The notes under the pieces are model-generated. The model did no database searches, had not been told where the DNA came from, and worked only from the letters and a program-made list of their open reading frames with translations. The position numbers were made by a program, and so were the translations under genes. Of a stretch of DNA of 64,000 bases, positions 12,611-27,482 are shown one piece after another; position 1 is the first letter of the stretch, and the number at the start of each line of letters is the position of its first letter. Source of the DNA: Octopus vulgaris (Eukaryota); the NCBI GenBank assembly GCA_951406725.2, contig OX597814.1, positions 119,722,001 to 119,786,000 of the forward strand, read 5' to 3'.

Positions 12611-15070
12611 TATGTTTTGACGTTATTTTCATTTATAGCAGTTGCAGCCGTGTCTCAACAAGTGACATAAAAGAGCAACAACATTCTGTATCTAAAGATG
12701 CTAAAAGATGTGTTGCTATGAAAATGAAAAAGAAGAAAAACTGATGTCTGTTAAAAAGTAGTCTCATAATAAAATTTATGATTACACTGAACGTGTAAGA
12801 TTACATCTTCATGGAGAATATTAAGCGCATATGATACACGAGATAGCCATAAATATGACTTATTGCAATTCCTTTTGAAGGCGGGCTGTAAGGAATTGGG
12901 TCAATTCCTTATATCATTCCATGTTCATCAATAACTATAGGTTATTTCATTGCTTTCAGATGCCATATTCTTCTGATTTCTATCTCTAAGTCCTTATATT
13001 AGGGCAATTTCTAAAAACGGTTTCTGAGACGTCACCTAGGGCTGCAGCATCTGTCAAAAGGTATGTGTTTTCAACATTACTTATAATGATAACTCCAGCA
13101 TTCTTGAAAACTTTGTGATGGAGGGTATAAGTGCGGCCAATTGAGCAGCGTATGTACAAAGATGCTTGTCATGTCTTTGCAAGTATTCTGTTTGCTGCAT
13201 CCAGAGAATATGTAGTCAATTGTCTGTGGAAGTTCCCGCATACATAGCACGATGGATGGCTTTCAAGTTTCAGACTATTACTCGGGTAATTACTAGTTGA
13301 AAGGCATTGATCATAAGCAGAAAATATATGCTCTTCAGTTTCTACCCTCAGACGAGAATTTGTCAGCTACTGCTGAGTAAGTGTTTAATCTACATCAGGG
13401 TCCTTGCCTCTTGTTCGGGTATTTTGCTACTCTGTTCCCATTCCTCCTAAATGTGTGTTCGAGGTTAGATTGACTGTATCTTTATTTGCCTTGTAAGTCA
13501 CAAGAATATTTAGAACATTTGAACAAAAACATTCCACTGTTTATTTCTGCGTACTATGATTAAATATCGCTGAGATTACCATTCATCGATCGGAGTTCAC
13601 TTAAAAGAAGAACCGCAGAGACAGTGGTGTCAATATAATCGACAATGCCTTTACCCACAATTTCAAATATAGTTTCAATATAAGATATCATCAACGTGAT
13701 CTTTATTTTATATTCAGCTATTTTATACGTGTTTTTAATTCGCCGCCTAATATATCACAAAATTTCTGAGAAATATACATTTTCTTTTGCGAATATGTAA
13801 GTACATTTGTAGAATATATTCATTTTACGTTGTTACAGGGTGGTTTTGTTATTTCTGATTATATTTTAGTGTTACAAGTTATCTAGTGTATACGTCATAT
13901 AAACTCTGTTAATGCATAGAGTCGTATTTCTGTTTCGTATATTGTGTGATTAGTGTTATGTGTTTTAGCTGTGCACTTTAATTGAAGAGAATATTCACTA
14001 AGTTAGATTGCTCACAATATTTGTGTAGAAAGTGAATTTTGTAATTTCTTCGATTTTTACAGTGTTGGATATCGATTATATAGAAGCATATGTTACATTA
14101 TTTCACCGAGTGTTAATTGTTTAGAATAAGTTATACTGTGGTATAGTATTTGATGGAGAATGCTCTGCGTCATTCTCTTTTATTTGGTGTAACTTTATTG
14201 CATTATAATAACTTTTCATTCTTTACAGAGTGTCTATTATATGAGATGTTCAACAGATTGAAAGGTGTCTTGCCTCGGATATGTTCTGTGATTCGGCTGG
14301 CTAATTTTTGGAATGTGCAATTTAACTTCATAGTTTAAATCATACCTAATGTTTCAGTATTGTCAGTTTTTATTTTATTGCAGCATACCTCTTATTTCAA
14401 ATTACAAGATCCTGGTAACATCTCAGTTTCTTTGTCATTTCGGGGGCAATGTTACACAAGAAAATGTCTGATTACGGTAATTTTTTTTCAATCTTTATTC
14501 ATTGCATCTGTACGGTTTGTCTTCATATTGTCGTATGATACAGGTATATCGCACATATTTCCCTAATCTGATATGGAACAGGGGTTTCCCGTAACAGAAA
14601 TATTTTGGTCAAGTTTATTTCGTAGATTTCACACTTCGCATTCATTTATTTCGTATATTTCACACTGCATAATCCCATTACATAAAATTTGTGCACTCTT
14701 AGTTAAACTACATTACATCCTAATTTCAGGTTCTAAATTATATAATGAAAATCTCATTCTGATACAAGAAATGCATTTAATTATAATATTGCTCTTGCAA
14801 TATAGTTCCTCTCCTTTAGAGCTAAACATATAGTTTTTGCTTATGAGTAATATTGACAATTAACAGTAGCAGCAAAATGGGAATAACGCAGAACAATTCG
14901 ATTTATAATACATCTAATTTTGTATTGCTGGCCTTATGATAGCCATAGATATTTGCAACAAACTCGGTTAGTTACTATCAGGTACAACACGAACAATAAA
15001 CGTCAGTATTACTTCCATAGACATAGCGAAATTTTATAATGTGTATATCAATAAAACACACACACATATG

Positions 15071-15114
<44 letters not shown>

Positions 15115-15855
15115 TCTGATAAGATGAACTGAAATCTATAAGCATCTAGCTCTGAAACTCTGTAAAGGTTAATCAAGCTGATGAGAAAATGAGGTGAGAC
15201 GAATGTATAAAGTGTTATGACTAGCCTTCATAATATAGTTTGTTAAATATTACACTGTATATAGACGGGCTGCATAATCAATACTGTATCTGCCGGGTGA
15301 TAAAAACTTATTTATAATTTATCAGCCGAATCAAGTTTTGTGATAATACTAAAGAATCATCGTTAAATGTTAATATTAATCTCAGTTCTGTATTGCATAA
15401 GCAAATAAACGTGTTTGATGTTAATGCTGATGGAAATCAACTTCTACATCTGATTTGGCCTTGCTTGCACCACGGATGCCTAATCAATTTCATGTCTAGA
15501 CGAATGTGAGAATAAATATATATGTAAATATACGCATACATGAGGACACACATGCATATATAAATGTGGGTTTCGTGCGTATATGTACATGCTTGCTAAA
15601 TACTACTACTTTTCATCTTATATACTTAAGCTTAAGTATTGATATAATCAGCTACGATTGTATCTTTCGTTTTATTAGCTTAATGCAGAAGAAAGCATGT
15701 TTCAAAGCAGTAGGGAATACCAGTTAAGTGCTTGAAAATCTATAGACTGTGATAGTCCATGCCTCACTGGGTTCAGTTCAATATAAGCTATCGTTCTTTC
15801 AAGTCAAAGCATACCCGTATATAAATACATGTATCTATTTATATACGAATATACT

Positions 15856-16041
15856 GGTTTCAAATTTTAGCACAAGGCCAGCAATTTCGGGGTGGTGTGT
15901 AAGTCGATTTCTACTGGTGCTTATTTCGTCGACTCCGATGCGATGAGAGGGTAAGTTGACGGCAGCAGAATTAGAACTCAGTGTTAAGACGGACGAAAGA
16001 CCGCTGATCATTTTTCCTGGCGTGCTAACATTTCTGCCAGC
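15856..16041 (-). mobile_element. Degenerate SINE family B copy
   Basis: ctggtgcttatttcgtcgactccga...gaattagaactcag...ggcgtgctaacatttctgccagc matches the family B reverse complement. Confidence 0.7.
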
Positions 16042-16127
16042 CTTTATATATACTAATACGTTGAGATTTATTTACGTTTGTTTCTATATACACGAACAGA
16101 CACAAATGAGTATATATATTAATATAT

Positions 16128-16290
16128 AGGGAGAGTTTACGAAAAAAAGAACAAAAGACGAAAACAGGTGGTGTACAAAACAAACAGATGTATCAGTATA
16201 ACGCTCAGGAATAGAAAAAAGTCTTTTACGTTTCGAGCCTACGCTCTTCTACAGAAAGACACACAGAAAAAACAAGGAGAGAACACTTAT
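16128..16290 (-). mobile_element. Penelope-like terminal-repeat (pLTR) relic with a minimal hammerhead motif
   Basis: The minus strand of 16221-16260 reads gtcttt CTGTAGAA gagc gtag gctc GAAA CG TA aaagac, with stems I and II intact and one core substitution. The 3' end abuts a TA run at about 16110-16128. Confidence 0.6.
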
Positions 16291-19008
16291 AGGGAACACT
16301 TATGCATTACAAAGAATATCAATTGTAGCCTCGGTTTCATTCTTGGTTGCAAGCTTAACACATATCTGAGTGCGAGTGTATGTGAGAGCTCGTTAGAAAT
16401 ATTTTTGTAGCTTATTTGTTCATACATGACAAACGTTCGAATTCTCAATTTCTAATTTCCTTGTCATATTAATATGTCAGCGTCGATGAAGTAAGCTACT
16501 ATGCATTTACCAGACTTCCATAATTTCCCGTAAATCTCACGAGTGATGGTCAATTGCATTGTTATGGTCATTTTATGAAAGGAATAAAGGAAGCTGAAAG
16601 AAATGGTCTTCAATACGCATTGGAACTATTAGCATCGGAATCGGTAGCAAAACAATTTATCTGAATTAAGTACTAGACTTCTAGATAAACAATAGTCGGG
16701 TGAATGGCCGGGCTTACTAGTCTAGACCAGCTGACCAGGCCTTGCTATTGATGCTGCTGTTTTGACAATAAGAAGTCCGTTTCCATAGCAACATTCTATC
16801 AAAGTGCGTAATGAGCGAACTCACTAAGAAAATAGCCTCTACGAATTCATAGTAATAGCAGCGAGTGTCCCTCAAAAGTTATCCTTGCATTATAGATTTG
16901 CTTGATATTGGGTAAATTGAGGTTACACAAGCAGCACAATACTCTAACCACTGTAAAATTGATGTAATGTTTGTTCGCGATTCTGATCGTATTATCCCTG
17001 GAACTTGATTCATTATGGAAGTTATTGCAACACAACCATACTTGCAATTCCCTTATCACTTCTGCATACGTTGAAGATAAATGAATAGAAAGATACCAAT
17101 AACACGGAATTAATAGAAGTTCAAATTATACTGTTTACTTTGTCATTTTTTTTATGTTCGTTCAACTAAATGGAATATGGATTGCTATACATTAAATAGA
17201 ATCTTAGCAGACTAGCTTGATTAAGTTCACGTCGGTTAACTGTTGATGTAGATGGAGTTTTCTACCATCAAAGTTAATGCATTAACTAACAACACCGTTA
17301 TGTTACAGAGGCATTATTTGTTAGTGCCAAAGAATTCCACTTGATTGAATCAACATTTATAGAATTGATTGGACATGAAAGACACAATCTCACCTTCAGG
17401 CTCCATATCGCCACAAAATTAGCACAGATTACAAGCTAGTAATATAGCCTGGTCTTTAAGGATGGGGTAGCGAGAAGGAGAAGTAATAGAGAAAATAAGA
17501 TCTAAAATAAAATGCCCAATAAGTTTAAATTGGCAAGATGTAACACACTACCAGTGTATTGGTAGTATATGATCTATGGACATCAATAAATGATCTGATG
17601 AAATGTATGGCATCGATATTCTTAATGTACTGCCGGCTTGTTATTATCTATTATACCAGAGAAACCATCTTGTCTATAATTATCATATAACTTAATGTTG
17701 CCTTGATTTTAAATACTTAGTAATGGTACCGACCATTCATAGTGACGGAAGTCCGTCTCTTTTAAATGAAAATATAAACTAGAATAGAATGAATTAAAAT
17801 GAAATAGATACAAATGTAAAATTAAATGAAAAAAAAAAGAGAAATCTGAATACAGTTTACTTGTTTTCTATTCAAAGGTGGTGGAAGAAAAATAGTCAGT
17901 AAACAGCAATTTCGTACATGAAATTTCTCTTTTATGATATAGCAGCGTCATGTAGCTTTCTCTCATTCTACTTATATCTCACTAAATGTAAATACATCAA
18001 CACACATACCCACGTACCTGCAAACATATCACAAAACGACTAACACAAATATTCTGATTTTTAACTGTGCGTCTATACTTGCAAGCAAATATGACTTAGT
18101 AAAATGTCTCATGTTTTCGCTAATTGTTTATAGATGGGTAATAGTCGGAGGCATGAAAACCCTCTCAGCAACCCCGCTATCAGCTTACTGGCAATCAAGG
18201 ACATGACAGCTGAATGGAGTAATGTTCAGTCCAACACCATAAACACTCAGCACACAAACCTATGCACATATTTTTGGTGACAGTCTAAGTCCTATATGTG
18301 AAGCAAAGTGAAACTGCTTATAAACGTATATGTAACTTCTATCAAATGTACAGTGTGTTACTTACTTTCGATTTTCCACTCATATATGGCTGTATACCTT
18401 TATATAAGGTTACACACACACATGCATGCGTACATGCATATGTGCATATACACACTGATGCACACAATATATAAATGCATGTATGATTACATGCATATGC
18501 ATATATACATGCGCATATATATATATATATACATATACACTCCTATGTATTCATATATATAAATATATATACATACACATGTAAACACATGCATATACAC
18601 GCATATACATATATATGTACACATGTAGACGCACATGCGCACGCGCACACATATACATAAATAAGTGATACAGGGGTGCTTATTCGCAATTTTACTACTC
18701 CCTTGTCATTTTAGTGACATCTCTCTCTTTTTCTGTGTATGTGTATATATATGTATGTATATATGTATATGTAAATACACAATCCACTACGCACACATTC
18801 ATATGCGGAGTGCTTTACTGTGTATACACATCTGTATTTTCTGCAGACAGTGCACACGAATGACTATATTGGTTTAAATTTGGCATAAGGCCAGTTATTT
18901 TCATGGGAGATGTAAGCCGAGGAAATATTTTATCGAGTCTGAAAGGACGATTGACAAATTCTGCCAGTTCAACGCCTCATCATAAATGATTATTTTATCT
19001 TCTTTCAG

Positions 19009-19318
19009 TTTTTACTTGTTGCAGTCATTAAGCTGCAATCATGCTGGGGCACTGCCTGGAATAATTTTTAGTCGAATGAAACGACCCCAGCGTCTTCTTT
19101 TGGCCTGTTACTTATTATATCGAAATCACTTGCCAAACCGCTAGCTTACAGTGGGACACCAACACCAGTTGTCAAGACAAACATACACAGTTTCCATCTA
19201 CGAAATCCACCCTAAAAGCTTTGGTCACCCCGAACACACTCATGCTCAAGGTACCACGCAGTGGAACTGAACCCGGGACCATGTGGTTGAGAAGCAATAT
19301 TCTTACACTGCCAGGCCT
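19009..19318 (-). mobile_element. Old, diverged SINE family A copy
   Basis: Tail tttacttgttgcagtcattaagctgcaatcatgctggggcac and head caaggtaccacgcagtggaactgaacccgggaccatgtggttg. Confidence 0.75.
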
Positions 19319-19513
19319 GGAATATAATTACTTTGCAAAACAAATTTGTGTTAGAAGATTGTAGAATTTGGCAACTGCTTGTTACCTGTCAGCAAACATG
19401 CTTTATTGATATATACATGTATAATATGGTATCATATGCGCTTCTCCGCCGATAATATTGACCAGAGATCCAAATGATTAAGACCGCTTACGATATCTTG
19501 TTTAACATGCATA

Positions 19514-19980
19514 TACTCTTTTACTTGTTTCAGTCATGTGACTGTGGCCATGGTGGAGCACCGCCTTTAGTCGAGAAAATCGCCCCAGGACTTATTCTTT
19601 GTAAGCCTAGTACTTATTCTAGCGACATCTTTTACCGAACCGCTAAGTTACGGGGACGTAAACACACCAGCATCGGTTGTCCAGCGATGTTGGAGGGGTG
19701 ACAGACACAGACACACAAACACATAGACGCGCGCACACACACGCGCATACACACACACATATATATATATATACACGCACACACACATATATACACGCAC
19801 TTACACACACACAGATATACGACGGGCTTCTTTCAGCTTCCGTTTACCAAATCTACTCAAGGCTTTGGTTGTCCCGAGGCTATAGTAGAATACCCTTGCC
19901 CAAGGTGCCACGCAGTGGGACTGAACCCGGAATTATGTGGTTGGTGAGCAAGCTACTTATCACACAGCCACTCCTACGCC
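19514..19980 (-). mobile_element. Full-length SINE family A copy
   Basis: Colinear with the 9032-9474 copy over its whole length. Confidence 0.92.
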
Positions 19981-20211
19981 TATATATGTCAATATATATA
20001 TATATTGTGAATATAAATATTCACATACACCCACACTGACTAACATATATACATATTTAAAATGCTATTTTTAATAGGAGCTGATAAATAAAAATGTTCT
20101 ATCTGAGCGATTATCGAAACAAGAATCTTGGAGAAGTGATTACGTGAATAATCCACTTCGAACTATAGAATAAAGAAACTATACTTCACGAATTAGTTTG
20201 TGTATACTTCG

Positions 20212-20540
20212 GTGTTTATCTCAATATACTAATGGTGAATATATTTACTAATGGTAAATATATATTACAATATACTAATGCTAAATATGCTTACAGATCA
20301 CAGACGTTACTGATGGTGGCTGTATTTGACTACACATCATTTGAGCTGAATCTGTTATGAGCTTATGCTGGACATGAAACGCTGTTAATTAAGAAATGCA
20401 ATAAAAATTGAACAATCAGAATGTCTTCCTGTCCAAGCTGTAAGTCACCATCGTCCAAATCTGTGCGAGTTGTAATGGATATTGTACCTATGGTTTGAGG
20501 AAGATTAATGACACGTGATTTTCATTCTGTTTCAGTAGCT
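20212..20540 (+). repeat. Local direct duplication 1, copy a (partner 21220-21511)
   Basis: Shared blocks include gttactgatggtgg.tgtatttgactacacatcatttgag, ttaattaagaaatgcaataaaaa and cgtgattttcattctgtttcag. Confidence 0.9.
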
Positions 20541-21219
20541 TATGAGGGGAATGAAAGGAAGCGGGGGGTGGGTTAGAGTATCTTTAAGGATTTTGCATCT
20601 ATCTATTTGGTAATGAAGATGGATTACTTGCTGTTACGAACAAGGCATAATCAGTACTGTTTTTCAGTTGAACAGCATTAAAAATTGAACCGCCATTCTG
20701 TGGTCGTTCATTTTGTTTTTCTTTTGTATGTGTATATACTTACAGATTTTTAATAAAATGCAAAATATCAATACTACTTCATCCAAACCAAAGAGGATCA
20801 ATTACAAACTACTTAAATATAAAAAAAGTACTGACGAACAAAACAAATAAGCTTCTTTCTCACACATATTCGCTATTTCCTTACCTCTGTCTTACTTTCT
20901 CATTCTCTATCCCCCCTCTCCCTTTCTCACTGTAAATATACAGTCCTAAGTTCTGGAAGCGAACTGGTCTCAACAACCATGCACTCAAGTATTCTTAATA
21001 CGCTCATCTTTCCTCATATCACCAGTTATATCTTGTCCCTCCTATACGCAGTGATCGAGCCTTTACTCATAGGAAATCCACTGCACAAATTCGGCTCTCT
21101 GGGATGCTCGTGTTGCGTTTGTTTTCTCTACAAGCAAAGGGCTTTCTATCGTTTAAGACAAACCTAAACTGAATGAATCACCGCAAAATTGCGAACGGAT
21201 CCTTCCACACAACGCCTTT

Positions 21220-21511
21220 GTGTTTATGTCAATATACTAATGGTGATGTAAATATTTTTTCAGAGCACATAGGTTACTGATGGTGGGTGTATTTGACTAC
21301 ACATCATTTGAGTTGAATCCGTTGTGAGCTCATGTTGGGTATAATACGCTATTAATTAAGAAATGCAATAAAAAATGAAAAATTAGAATGTCCTCTTGTT
21401 CAAACTAGAAGACACCACTGTCTAAATCTGTGCGAGTGAGTTGTAATGGATATTGTATTTATGGTTTGTGGAAGATTAATGATACGTGATTTTCATTCTG
21501 TTTCAGGAGCT
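21220..21511 (+). repeat. Local direct duplication 1, copy b
   Basis: Colinear diverged match to 20212-20540. Confidence 0.9.
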
Positions 21512-21895
21512 GGCTAGAGAGATCTATATATATGAATGTGTTGACATGATTGTCAAAGTAAGTAATATTCTGAATGCAAGTTTGTTCAACTCAAAATTTG
21601 TGAGAAAACGTATGGTTATTCCTGGATATTTAGCATATATTGAGTATATACAAACACGCAGAAATAGATGCATATCTAGTATCTAACATTCAATAATATG
21701 AACAGACGAATAAACATGAATATATTGACGTAGACATCCTACTTCAAATATATATGCCGATATAAATACTGTATTAAAGTTTTTATATTTTACAGATGCC
21801 AGAGAAGTGTCATGCTACGTTCCACCCTGAACGTAGCATGACATTTCTTACATATAAATTAATACTTAAATATACAGGGTCGTATGTGTGTGCGT

Positions 21896-21932
<37 letters not shown>

Positions 21933-22020
21933 CGAACCAGATAAGTTGCACATGCAGAGTATAATAAATTTATTCGTCTAATGCTAAATATTTCTACATA
22001 TATGGCTTATACCGAAATAA

Positions 22021-22180
22021 TACTTGGTTCGACTGAAGAATTTCAGAAACTCCCAGAATTTGTGAAATTGTGACAATATTAATCTCTCACTATGATGCTG
22101 ACACTACACAGAGTATTGTGATCGTCGTGGGGTACTGCCATAAAAGAAATGCTGGTGAGATATCTCTTTGGCTGTTTAAC
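22021..22180 (+). repeat. Local direct duplication 2, copy a (partner 24232-24392)
   Basis: Shared core gtattgtga...tcgtggggtactgcYataaaagaaatgctggtga...tctctttggctg. Confidence 0.85.
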
Positions 22181-22699
22181 CATACGTGCGCGAGCGCGTG
22201 TATGTGCGTTCATGCGTTTGTGAATGTGCGCGCTTGTATGTGAAAATGTGCGTGTACTTCAGCGATGTGCTGTATCGAAAAGAATATGCAAATCCTGTGT
22301 GAGTTTTGTCTTCTCGTGTGATTTTATTTATGTGTAGCACTGCCTCTCATCCAACTAGAAAGTCAGCTGATTTCTCTACTGTAATTACAGAAGCGGTAGT
22401 AACCTTTATCTGTCCTCTTTCCCATTACAACTCATGTGCAAATACGTATGATTTCCATTCTTTTACGCTTCCTTTCACTCTCTCTCTCTCTCAATTTCTG
22501 AGACATGTCCACTCAATGTATAGCTTCTTAACTATTTTGTAGTAAAGAAGGCAGCATTTAGTTATATAACACACAGTGCAAAGTTTACAATTGCAAATAA
22601 AAATCTGTATACAAACATATTCCCTACATATTTGCAATAGTAAATTTACACGCAAAAGCGTATTATATGCATACATAAGTTGTATATATGTATATGTTC

Positions 22700-22738
<39 letters not shown>

Positions 22739-23520
22739 AGAGACAGAGAGAGAAATAAAGAGAGATATAGATAGATAGAGAGAGAGAGAGAGTTAGAGAC
22801 AGAGATAGAGAAAGAAATAAAGAGAGAGAGAGAGAGAGATGTTTTAAGGACACATAAACATATGCATGCGTATATGTATAGAAACACATATCCTAACGCA
22901 TATTACCACAGAAGCAATAGCGGCACATGTTCTTTAGTATTTTGAATAATTGTGCGCGTGCATGCTTGTGTATGTGTACTATATCAAAGACACAACAGTG
23001 TTCTTATTTCATGTTGTAAATGAAAGATCTCTCATCCTTTCATATTAGTCCTTTTTGTATAGATTATAAGCATAAATTTCTCAAGTAGCGAACACTTCAA
23101 GAGTTCCTTCACCTCATCTTCTGAATGTAGTGATGTGTATAATGCTTCCATTTTGCGTTCGGATTTTTTTTTTTTTTCGTTCTTGCACTAGACACTAAGA
23201 AAGCATAAAATTTACTTGTAAGATAAATTTCTTTGCTTAAGCTTTCTTCTTTACCTAATATCTTAGTATATTCTGCATGCCTTCTTTACCTGTGCTGATG
23301 TTTGATGTGCGTTTTCAAGCCAAACGCGTCTATAATACATTCAGTGATACTGAAGTTCTTAGAATGTTAACAGATGTATTTTTCCAACTGAAAATATAAC
23401 ATTTAGAACACACACATGGACATAAGGTTTATACATACTTGGATTTATATATTTGTACATACACATATATACTCTATGTGTGTCTATATATGTGTGCAGA
23501 GAAACAGGGAATGAGTGGAG

Positions 23521-23606
<86 letters not shown>

Positions 23607-24231
23607 CCATTTATATATGGCAAAGTGTAGGTGGTTTCAAAAAGACTGAAGTCCTCCATTGAATACCTTCCAGTATATAGATTTGTTCAAAATATTTGTA
23701 TTTTGATATCTCTTATAAGTTTTACATGCTCAATATAGCACCTTATTTACAAAGTATTTAATCACCCACACATATTTGAAAGTCAGTAGATATTTGCCAG
23801 AGTAGAATCGAAATACTGATGTTATATACTTAACAGAATGTATATAAGAATATTAAGTAACTGTATCATACAAAGAGAAGCAAAGAAGCCATAGAAGAAG
23901 GAAATACACTTAGTTATAATGTTAACATAAGGAATATTCATAGAATAAGAAAAATTTCTTGTTTAAATGTGATACTAAATCACATCGCCTACGTGTGGCA
24001 AAATATATAAAGTTTTATACTTAGCAAAATTTAATCTAATGTATTGAATTTATGGTATGTAAGAATTACAAGAAGCAGAGAAGATTCAGACGAAGTATTT
24101 CATAGTAAATGTTAATGCCTGTCTTATTTAATTTATCAAATTCAATACAATTAATTTCTCAATCCCATAACTACTCAGTTCAATTTCAACTCTCATTATT
24201 TCTCGGGTCTATATGTTATGTAATATGAATG

Positions 24232-24392
24232 TACTGGGTTCGAATGAACAAGTTCAGACACTTTCTGAAGTTATGAAACTGTGACCGTATTCAACTCTCA
24301 CTATTCAATTGACACGACACAGTGTATTGTGACCATCGTGGGGTACTGCTATAAAAGAAATGCTGGTGAAGTGTCTCTTTGGCTGCTTAAAC
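24232..24392 (+). repeat. Local direct duplication 2, copy b
   Basis: Colinear diverged match to 22021-22180. Confidence 0.85.
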
Positions 24393-24837
24393 TGATATGA
24401 TTATAAACAAAATCAGATCTTGTTTGAGAAAATAAAAACAAATAAAGATTGGTTTATGCTTGATCACTTTTCATCGATCTTCGTTGATCTACACTTCAAC
24501 AACACAAGCAGCGAATCAGACAAGCAAAATTGCCGTCATACAAGCAAAATATGCAACGGGTCATACAAGCAAAATTCTGAATAATGTAAATGGAAGTGAA
24601 CTTAACAGATAATCTGATGGAAGAAACCTGCCTACCTACATACATGCATGAGTACGCATGCATACATCTATGTATTTAATTTTATCTCAGTGTAAACCTA
24701 AAACATATTTAGTAGGAATTCAATTATTTTATAATATATTTCTCTTCGGGAATAATGATTTGCGAGGTTCAAATGAAGCTATAAAAAACGGCATGTAAAT
24801 ATTGAAACAAAAACTTCTTTTGAGTAGAAAAAGTCGA

Positions 24838-24908
24838 TGGCTACTCATGGGACTCGAACCTACATTTCCTGTAGACATGACAGTCATTCTACAATATAAA
24901 CGTTGTTG
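24838..24908 (-). pseudogene. tRNA-like relic (pseudogene or SINE head)
   Basis: The minus strand has B box ggttcgagtcc, a 3' end gagtagcca, then tcgacttttt (a Pol III terminator-like T run). The 5' half is degenerate and no clean cloverleaf forms. Confidence 0.4.
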
Positions 24909-27399
24909 TTGAAAATTAGCTTTTCGTTCACATGCTTTTGAATCTGCGATCGAGCGTAAGCCTACATATTTTACTCTCAAACAAGATTTCCTTTTATTTA
25001 TAATTATATCACATCAAGCAATCATATACACAACTAATACAAACAATTCTTTTGATAGCAGGATTGACACAAATTTTCAGTAATATAATAAATTTTTGAT
25101 ATGATTACTATTTCATAAAATCTAGAGCAGTTGAGCAGGTAATTTGTTACCAGCATCTGGTTAGGTTTGTGTCAACTGTTTGGTATTGTGTTAAGCTATT
25201 CAAAAATATAAAGTGTTAAAAACCGTAAATAATATGATATATTATTAGAAATGTTATATAGACCAATGTCACTTTATGTAATATGGCCCTTGCGAATAAA
25301 TTGTATGGTGTATTAGATATATATGAACTGGTTGAGATAAGTATGTCTTTGGGAATAACTGTTGAATTATGAATATTAAATGTATCTGAATATCATTACA
25401 AATTCAAAATATGAGACTTGCGTTTGATTTTACCAGCTTTGATCCGAAGTTTGGTTGCACTAAGACAATGGCGCGTAATAGGAAGAGAAGTGGTATCACA
25501 GGAATAAAAGTGAAGAAATACAAATAACAATCACTATATAATCGAACGCTGCTTTCAATCTTAGTTTCCGCTCTGGTTATCAAATGCAAGCACACTCACA
25601 CAAGCAAGGGTCTTTATGTATTAGGTTTTGCATGCCCGCGTGTATCGGTATAAGTTACTTTATTTTTTGTGTACGTGTTTACATCGCTGTTTATCAATGG
25701 CTAGCTGTGAATAAAAACACTATGATTACGGTTCTGTAAGAAAGAGAAATCAATTTTATATTAATGAATACCAAAATACAACAGCGAAAGAAATATCGTG
25801 ACTAGAAGAGAAATTTAAATAAATACATGTATCAATGAAATTGGGAAAAAAAAGTGAAATATAAATGTAACTGGAAGTATATGCAGCTGCAGACAGTTTA
25901 ACATTAGCGGAAGTTGCAGCAGATTTTGTTGTTGTTGAATTTGGTAGACTAATGAATTTGTTGGGTGAAAAATGTTGTTGATAATGTTAAATGTTGTTTA
26001 CAATAGCAAGAAGAAGAATACGTACTACAACAGTAACAAGAACGGGGATAGCAATAACACCTTATGTGAGATTAGTGTTTTGAAAATTAATTTTGTAAAT
26101 TTTTGCTAAGAATTGAAATGGTACTGCTGAGGGTGAAAATGCTGAAGGAGTACATTGTTATTATGATAATGATGATGACGGAGGCGTCGACGATGATGAT
26201 GATGATTGTGGTACTGTTGTTGATGATGATGATGAAAAGAAATGGGATAATGATGATGATAATACTGCTGATCGATATGAGATACATCATGGTAATAGAA
26301 AAAAGATAACGATGATTAAGATGAATTCAGAAGTTAGATATAAAATTAAAAAAGAAAGATAAAAGAAGAGAGGTTGGTGAGGTGTTCAAATAACTTTTAA
26401 CATGCGCATGCACATTTTACACTCACAGATATCCGTGCAATAGGACAAATGGCCCAATCTCCCAAGTGAGCTGATTGTGTATAACTGTATGTGTAAAAAT
26501 TTGTATTTCACACGTAGCACTGAAAACAATATTTAATTAGCTACCCACCCCGTGTGCTTCTGTCTGTCTATTATTTATCTTACACCCATATTATCGCTGT
26601 CCTTGTATTTGTATCTCTATCAGCCTTAAACCAACTCTCTAACATCTTGCGCGTAATCTCCTCTTAACTGAGGTGAGCATTTAAAACCACCACGAGAAGG
26701 TTCAGTTAGTCTGTATATATTCAGTTGTACATACTATATGAAATACAAGAAAAAGTGAATCTCTGACTGATATGCTTTAGAAAATTGAAGAAATAAGAAA
26801 GAGGTGGATTAAGCTTCGATCTAACTGCAGAATTTGATCGTGATCAAAATCAGTGCTCAACGAACAGCTACATGTTCAACTTTTGCTGTAGTAATTGATA
26901 CAATGTATCCATTCTTTTAATTCGAGTACATTTAGAAATACATTATATATATGTTTGTATAATGAGATTCCTTTTTGTGATTAAGGACATCATTAACAAA
27001 TCTCAATATACTTCAATATAGAGTACAATTTTAGTGGGTAGGCAGAAACATCTATTTCATAAGCAACAAATTTGACCGTTTCAAAATTTTCTAAACTAGT
27101 TGAGCGCCATTCTACCATGTGTATACATACTCAGACCCATATGTGGGAGGCCTGCGTATAATGTTGCAGGATGCTTCAAAAGCACATGACAATTATTGCT
27201 GCAATATTAATGTAGTAATAAAAAAGTATAAATATTAATATTCATATTAATTTTATTACTGTATTCTGCACGAAAAACCTTATACATTTTAATATTCTTC
27301 ATTATACTCATATTACACAGAGTAATGTGTATATACGTAAATGTAAGCATGTATGTGGATGCATGCAAAAATATATTAATTGAGCATAAATATACAATT

Positions 27400-27410
27400 A
27401 CACACACACA

Positions 27411-27479
<69 letters not shown>
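27400..27479. repeat. (CA)n microsatellite
   Basis: About 40 CA units with one interruption. Confidence 0.98.

Positions 27480-27482
<3 letters not shown>

Noticed and set aside
15112-15190. ctgataag...gaaactctgta as a hammerhead next to (TA)n
   Set aside because: The core is mismatched and stems I and II cannot be paired convincingly.
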